A DNA stretch of 33,671 bases from Octopus sinensis (lineage: Eukaryota): the NCBI RefSeq assembly GCF_006345805.1, contig NW_021832334.1, forward strand, positions 1 through 33,671. The letters run 5' to 3'. The notes under the pieces are model-generated. The model worked only from the letters and a program-made list of their open reading frames with translations. It was not told the DNA's origin and searched no databases. Each line of letters opens with the position of its first letter. The stretch's first letter is position 1. The translations under genes were made by a program, and so were the position numbers. Of the stretch, positions 27,301 through 33,671 are shown piece by piece.

Positions 27301-27610
27301 TTGCTGGCAACGACTGATAACTGAGCTTGGTCTTAGATCATGTGTACAATCTGAGGTTGGTCCACGATTGTCAAAATGTTATTTACTCCATAAATTCTAT
27401 CAAATAATTAACTCCATGTAATAATCAACCAGTTGCTGTACAAGACCGTACACATCACAGATACATCACAACGACCCATTCCCTCGTCAGATATATTTTC
27501 ATATTTCTTCTTTTTTATTGTTGGTTTAATTTTTACTTCGCCAAAAGTTAGAAATAACGTATTTTTTATTTCATTGAGAGATATATATTAAGCCTTCCAG
27601 CTCTTACCCT

Positions 27611-27760
27611 TCTGAGGTCAGATTTACCTTTCACTCCTCCGGGTTTGATAAGATACCAATAAAGTACCAATCAAGTACTTGGAACAACATAATCCATTTA
27701 CCCACTTCCTTTAAAATGGCTGGCCTTGTACAAAAATTAGAAAGAATTACAATTTTTATT
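27611..27760 (+). mobile_element. Main SINE, degenerate core and tail B fragment
   Basis: tttacctttcactcctccggg...aagtaccaa...gctggccttgtacaaaaattagaaagaatt. Confidence 0.65.
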
Positions 27761-27761
27761 A

Positions 27762-27985
27762 AGGCCGTCGAACTGCCTGAATCGTTAGCACGCCGGACAA
27801 AATGCTTAGGGGAATTTCGTCCGGCTTTACATCCTGCGTCCAAACGCCGCCAAGGTCGACTATGCCTTTCATCCTTTAAGAGTCGATAAAATAAGTACCA
27901 GTTACGCACTTGGGTTGATGAAATCGACTGCTCCCGCCCCCAAATTGCAGGCCTTGTGCCTATAGTAGAAAGGATTATTATCATT
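27762..27985 (+). mobile_element. Main SINE, monomer with tail B
   Basis: Head gaatcgttagcacgccggacaaaatgcttag, core, then ggccttgtgcctatagtagaaagg(att)n. Confidence 0.88.
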
Positions 27986-28003
27986 ACAACAACAACAACA
28001 ACA

Positions 28004-28073
<70 letters not shown>
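27986..28073. repeat. (ACA)n(ACT)n microsatellite continuing the SINE tail
   Basis: Visible directly. Confidence 0.95.
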
Positions 28074-28074
28074 A

Positions 28075-28493
28075 GACGGTGAGCTGCCGGAAACGTTAGC
28101 ACACCGAGCGAAATGCTCAGCGGTATTTCGGCTGCCACTACGTTCTGAGTTCAAATTCCGCCGAGGTCGACTTTGCCTTTCATCCTTTCGGGGTCAATTT
28201 AATAAGTACCAGTTACGCACCGGGGTCGATATAATCGACTTAATCTGTTTGTCTGTCCTTGTTTGTCGTCTCTGTGTTTAGCCCCTTGTGGGTAGGAAAG
28301 AAATAGGTATTTCATCTGTCTTTACGTTCTAAGTTTATAATTCTGTTGAGGTCGACTTTGCTTTGCATCCTTTCGGATTCAATAAATTAAGTACCAGTTG
28401 CGTACCGGGGTCGATCTAATCGACTGGCCCCCTCCCCCAAAATTTCGGACCTTGTGCCCAGAGTAGAAAAGATTATTATTATTATTATTATTA
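28075..28493 (+). mobile_element. Main SINE, dimer (tail A then tail B with (ATT)n)
   Basis: Junction aagaaata|ggtatttcatctg at ~28305; ends agagtagaaaag(att)7. Confidence 0.93.
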
Positions 28494-28494
28494 C

Positions 28495-30020
28495 TTTTTT
28501 TTTCTTCTTTCAAATTTGCTTCCATTTCTTGCCGAGTGTCTTCCCGACTCCTAGAGCAAAGAAACTCATAGTATACATCGGTAGGCCATTAAACCAAACT
28601 CAATAGTTCGTTCATTTTTTTTTTTTTTTTTTACAGTTAAATTAAAATACATGAGCAGCAACAGTTCTCACATCGACAATGCTCTTCTCAATACGTGTGA
28701 TGTACCAGTTAAGACAATCTTTTGCACTTCTTGCAGGGATGGAAGCCAGGGATCATTCTCATATAATTTTCGGTTCCCTTCTTGATCATTCCTAGTGCTC
28801 CTACGATCACTGGTATTGCAACCGCCTTGAGATGCCATATTTTCTCAATTTCAATGAGTAGGTCTTATATTTTCTGAGCTTGTCAAACTCTTTCGCTGAG
28901 ATATTATGATCACAGGGGATGCTCATGTCGATCAATAAGCAAACTTTATTGTTTTGGTCTTTCACAACAATATCTGGTTTATTGGCCTGATGGTTCGGTC
29001 TGTATGTATTGGAAAGTCCCACAGAATGGTTACATTTTCTCCTTCAGTTACAGCCTCAGGGTGGTGATTATACCACTTGTCGGCAGTTTTGATATTGTAA
29101 TGCCGACTTATTAGCCAGTGTAGATATTGGCCAACTCTGTCATGTCTTAATTTATAATCCACTGGAGCTAAGACTTTACATCCAGAGATTAGGTGGTCCA
29201 CTGTTTCAATCATGTCGTTGCAGAATCGGCATTTTGGGTCTGCTCCATTTTTCATCACATTGGCCTGGTAGTTCCGGGTTAATAGGCTTTGATCTTGAGT
29301 AGCCAGGATGAAACCTTCGCTCTCTGCTTTTAGCCCTGAGCTCCGTAGCCACTGATGGGTTTGCTTCTGGTCAACATCAGCTTGTTTGCTGCGGGTCACA
29401 TATTTGCCGTGCAGAGGTTTCTCCTCCCACCTATCAGCCAATTGCTCGTGCGCTTTTTTCATTGCCATCATTTTCACCTTCTTTGCAACAATAGTTGCCG
29501 TACTTCCCTCGGGTTGTTCAGTTTGGGTATCCTGCACGAGATCAATAGCAAATTTTTCGCTTTCCTTTATGATAGAATGAAGCTTCTTTCGTCTCTCGTG
29601 ATTTTCCACGAGCTTTAGCATCCAGTCATTCGATATTTCGAGATATTTGGCCAGTCCAATTGTGGTTGTTTTGTAAGCTAGTTCAAATTGGATCAGGCTC
29701 GACCTCCTTGGGCTCTGGGAAGGTAAAGGCGATCTACGTCTGCCTTTGGGTGGTGCATCCTATTACAACTCAGCAGCTTGCGTATTTTCCTATCTATATT
29801 TTTTACTTCACTCATATTCCAGTTCAACACATTGTAGATATAAGTAACAACTGGAACTGCTAAGGAATTTATAGCTAACACCTTGTTACGTGCATTTAGT
29901 TCAGATTTCAGGACTGCACGAACTCTCCTATAACATTCCTTCCTGATCTTCTCTTTCATGCTTGCATGCTGAATACCAGAGCCTTCATTTATCCCTAAAT
30001 ATTTGTATGTTTGTTCTTGC
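28495..30020 (-). mobile_element. 5'-truncated R4/Dong-clade non-LTR retrotransposon (end of RT, thumb, CCHC, RLE, 3' UTR, A-rich end)
   Basis: Joined reading: TYKYLG..HPKADVDRLYLPRAQGGRGL..W.EKPLHGKY..QDQ.L.TRNY..CRFC..ETVDHLISGC..RHDRV..WDFPIHTD..NKPDIVV..IDMSIP..K..KY..PVIVGALG..QK..L.GT..VLRR.LSM* (stop 28668-28670). Four 1-bp frameshifts; (TAA)n on both flanks. Confidence 0.95.
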
Positions 30021-30050
30021 TTATTATTATTGTTATTATTATTATTATTA

Positions 30051-30097
<47 letters not shown>

Positions 30098-30119
30098 TAT
30101 TATTACTATTATTATTATT
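30021..30119. repeat. (ATT)n microsatellite at the 5' flank of the R4/Dong element
   Basis: Visible directly. Confidence 0.95.
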
Positions 30120-30120
30120 C

Positions 30121-30330
30121 CGTGAGGTGACAGAGCTGTTAGCACGCCGGACAAAATACTTCGTGGCGTTTCGTCCGTCTTCTGTCGACTTTACCTTTCA
30201 TCTTTTCGAAGTCAAAAAAAATAACCACCAGTTGAATACTGAGGCTGATGTAATCGACTGTCCTACCCCTTCAAAATTGCTGGCCTTGTGCCAAAATAAG
30301 AAAAGGAGCATAATTATTATTATTATTGTT
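30121..30330 (+). mobile_element. Main SINE, degenerate monomer with tail B and B box deleted
   Basis: gttagcacgccggacaaaatactt...gtcgactttacctttcatc...gctggccttgtgccaaaa...(att)n. Confidence 0.8.
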
Positions 30331-30959
30331 GTTGATGTTGTTGAAACGATTGGAAACCGAAATCTCTTCATCAGAGGAACCGAGTTCTTTTACTCTGCTC
30401 TATTACGACTTTCACCATTAGATTACCACAGACATTTGCTAATTTTCTTGCTAACCTTTAGAAATTATTCCATCACGGAACGCTAAAATGTCTCCTATTA
30501 AAAGAAGCAAAGATATAACAGAAAAGAAAAGAAGAACAGAAGAAAAAAAAGAAGAAAGAAAAGAAAAGAAATGGAGAGGAAAGAAAAAAAAAGACAAGAA
30601 AATAAAATAAAAGAAAGCCTTTAGTTTTCCGCCATCTTAGACAAGCTAAGACTAATATCTCATCCTTCGTTTGATAACCGCTATTGAGGCTCAGTTCCCG
30701 TGAGTAAAAGAGATTAATGCCAGCTCCCATATATATGGAATTGGGCAAACTGAATATTACTCATGTTGGCAGCAGGACAGAAAATCACATCAGTCGGTTT
30801 TCAGCTTTCTTTGTTATTGAAATTCAAAAGATGGCACAGCAGTTACGAACGCTGCTCTGTGTGTCTTGTTCTTGTTCTCAATGAATCACATTCTGTTGGA
30901 GACGGTTCTGGAAATAAAGAAGCGATGGTGGTGGCGGTGGTGGTGGTGGTGATGGTGGT

Positions 30960-31780
30960 GGTGAGAGTGAGGGGAGGGAGAGAGGGGGGAGAGGAAAAAA
31001 AAAGAGCGAGAGGAAAAGTGAGGGAGAAGGAAAAAGGGAGACAAAGCGGAAGAAGCAGAAATAGCAGTAAGAGGAGGAGGAAGAGGAGGAGGGGGAGAGG
31101 ACGAATAAGAAGGAAGAAAGAAGAGAAGGAGAAGAAAGAAGATGATGATGAAGAAGAACAAGAACAACAAGGAGAGTGGAGGAGGAGGAGAAGAAAGAAG
31201 GAGATGGCGAATAAGGCGGAAGAAGAGAAGGAGGAGAAAGAAGATGAAGAAGAACAAGAACAAGAAGGAGAGTGGGGGAGGAGGAGGAGATGACGAAGAA
31301 GAGGAAGAAGAGGAGAGGGAATATTGGAGAAGAAAGGAATTAAAGTAAAATGAAGAGATGAGTGAGAGAGTGTAGCACGAGGGAAAGAGAGAACGTGTAC
31401 ATGTATGTATATACCCGTGTGTGTGCGTGTGTGTGTGTGTGTGGCGTATGTGTGTAACGACCAAAGAAAGAGAAAGTGGGAGGGAAGCGGTTAAGTAGAT
31501 TGAAAAACTGAAAGATGACAAGAGAGAGATCAAAGAGAATGAGAGAGAGAGAGAGAAAGAGGAAGAAAGAGAGATAGAGAGAAAGAAAACGAGATAGAGA
31601 GTGAAGTAGAGAGGATTAGAAGAGGGGTAGGAGAGAGAGAGATGATTAAGCGGAGAGAATGCTATAAAAGGTTGAGGATTTGAGAGAAGAAAAAGATATA
31701 AAGGGAAAAGGTAAAGAGGAAGGGAGAGAGAGAAGATGAGACAGAAGAGGTGGAAGAAGAAGGAAAAGATCAGAGACGAA
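30960..31780. repeat. Polypurine/polypyrimidine low-complexity tract (GAA/GGA/GA)
   Basis: Visible directly; accounts for ORFs 30763..31293 and 30886..31845. Confidence 0.9.
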
Positions 31781-32102
31781 TAGTTACACACACGCACACA
31801 CGCACACACGCACACAAAGAAGCACATACATACCTGCATAGACATGCACTAAGAGAGCGGGAGAGAGGGAGAGGGGGAGGGAGGGAGAGTGCGTGAAAGA
31901 AAGAAAGAAACGATAGCTGAAAGTGAAAGTAGATGGATGAATACAGTTATATATGCATTCATGCGCATGTGTGTGTGTGTGTCTGTGTGAATGTCACTCA
32001 TACACACAAACACACAAACACACACATTCACACACACACACATATATACATATGTAAATGTGTGTGTGTATATATATATGTATATGTATATGTATATATA
32101 AA

Positions 32103-32189
<87 letters not shown>

Positions 32190-32544
32190 TATAATATATT
32201 ATATATATATAATATATATATATGTATATATACATATACATATATGCATAGGTGAGGTATGTGAAGTGGAAGAGGCGAGAGAAAGAAGCGGGAAAAAAGA
32301 AAAGAAAAGGAAAGAGTCAAACTGACGAAATATGGAGGATTTCTGTTCGGCAGCCACTGCAATCATTTGCTCAAGTTGGAAAGGAATATGGATGTAGTGT
32401 CGTTGATGCCTTTCCCCTAGAATTATCTGAAGGATTAAAAACTCGAAAACAGTAAAGAATTTTGATCTATGTCAGCAATAATATTAATTTTCTTCGTGTT
32501 GGTGCACCTCAAGTACTTATGAAAGAACATTGGGAAACATTTGT

Positions 32545-32690
32545 GAAGGTGCATGGCAGTCTAGCGGTAAAAGTGTTGTTGCTTATGATCATAATGCCGC
32601 GAGTTCAATTCCTGGAGAAGGCAGCGGGTGGTGTCTTTGTACGAAGTACTTCTTTTTACGTTGTTCCAGTTTATTCCGTAGTAAATTAGC
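32545..32690 (+). mobile_element. Degenerate tRNA-derived SINE related to the element at 33039
   Basis: tggcagtctagcggt...GAGTTCAATTCC (32601-32612)...gtgtctttg..aagtacttc..acgttgttccagt parallels 33039-33170. Confidence 0.5.
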
Positions 32691-32917
32691 AACAGCGTGG
32701 TGCCGGTGCCCGTGCCGTAGTCTGTTTGTCTGTTTGTCTCTTTATTTCTCTTTCTCCCCCTTTCTCCCTCTCTCTCTCCCTCTCCCTCTTCCTCTCTCCC
32801 TCTCTCTCTCCCTCTCTTTATCTATCTAGTTGGGATTTACCAAAAAATAAAGACGAAGACGAGTGTGTAAAACAACAAACAAATGTATTAGTTTAACGCT
32901 GGGGAAGGTGAGAATAT

Positions 32918-32953
32918 CTTTTACGTTTCGAGCCTACGCTCTTCAACAGAAAG
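32918..32953 (-). ncRNA. Penelope-type minimal hammerhead-like motif with variant core
   Basis: CUUU CUGUUGA A GAGC guag GCUC GAAAC GU A AAAG: stem I 4 bp, stem II 4 bp, palindromic ACGU stem III, GUA triplet; core position A6 is U. Confidence 0.6.
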
Positions 32954-33038
32954 TAACACAGAAATAAGCAGAGAAAGAGAACATAAAAAAGGTTTAGTGA
33001 CTAGCGATCAATTATGGCGGACCTAGCTAGCTAGCTGT

Positions 33039-33280
33039 GGAGGCGCGTGGCTTAGTGGTTAGGGTGTTGGACTCATAATCGTAAAATTGTGGTTTCAATA
33101 CCTGAACCGGGCAACGCATTGTGTTCTTGAGCAAAACACTTCCTTTCACGTTTATCCAGTCCACTCAGCTAGCAAAAGTGAGTAATCCAGCGACGGACTG
33201 GCGTCCCATCCAGGTGGGGTATATATACACCATGGAAAGAGGGAAACCAGCCTCTGCGAGTCGGTATGACTCGAGAAAGA
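33039..33280 (+). mobile_element. tRNA-derived SINE (third family)
   Basis: A box TGGCTTAGTGG (33048-33058), B-box-like GGTTTCAATACC, then gtgttcttgagcaaaacactt and gcgacggactggcgtcccatccagg body motifs. Confidence 0.75.
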
Positions 33281-33671
33281 AACCCATTATCTTTTTTTTA
33301 CCTCTATCTAGCTGTCAAATCCAAGTTGTACTGCCAGATCGAAAGCCTGAGGGAGCGCCGAGCGGGCCGTCTCTGTCTGCTAGCGACTACACAGGCACTT
33401 AAAGCAATAAGCGAAACCATGGTACACGTTAGCAAGCCATACTCGTTCGCGAGTGACGGCTGGCTGTACTTTTAAAACATTTCCAAGGCACGTATGAACA
33501 CTTACAATTATTTCCGCATTAACAAGTAACAACCAGCGGTCAGTTGGCTCAAATTCTTCCTGCAATATTTTAGCGCCCCCTATACATTATATAGCATATA
33601 ATTTAACTAATTAATTGCATTACAAAACAAGCCAGCCGTACTGTAAAGTTTGCTATCAAAATCGGGCTGTC

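Noticed and set aside
27300-27480. GIY-YIG endonuclease remnant on the minus strand
   Set aside because: Only vague resemblance (SCTAT.., THFKNC..FKII) with many stops; not supportable without a search.
30763-31293. 176-aa charged R/E/K-rich protein
   Set aside because: Explained by GAA/GGA low-complexity sequence with a short internal duplication; no domain or splice evidence.
33039-33112. Functional tRNA gene
   Set aside because: The B box is degenerate, there is no clean cloverleaf, and the sequence continues into a SINE body; the same applies to the other heads.

Overview
Eukaryotic, AT-rich, extremely microsatellite-dense non-genic DNA. The repeat families look cephalopod (probably Octopus), but that is recall and was not searched. 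I find no intact protein-coding gene, rRNA, true tRNA or CRISPR array, and almost all listed ORFs are translations of simple repeats. Interpretable content: (i) about 11 copies of one modular tRNA-derived SINE, including five that share one internal dimer junction and three alternative tails, plus other tRNA-headed SINE remnants; (ii) two R4/Dong-type RLE non-LTR retrotransposon fragments, each abutting tail-to-tail the (ATT)n tail of an oppositely oriented SINE; (iii) decayed RTE, mariner and Penelope-like RT fragments; (iv) three Penelope-type hammerhead-like motifs, one inside a tRNA-headed SINE; (v) a decayed BACK/Kelch-like coding remnant with an antisense ankyrin-like stretch; (vi) a 30-bp minisatellite and a ~650-bp tandem duplication that may be an assembly artefact. 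Family assignments come from manual motif recognition only.
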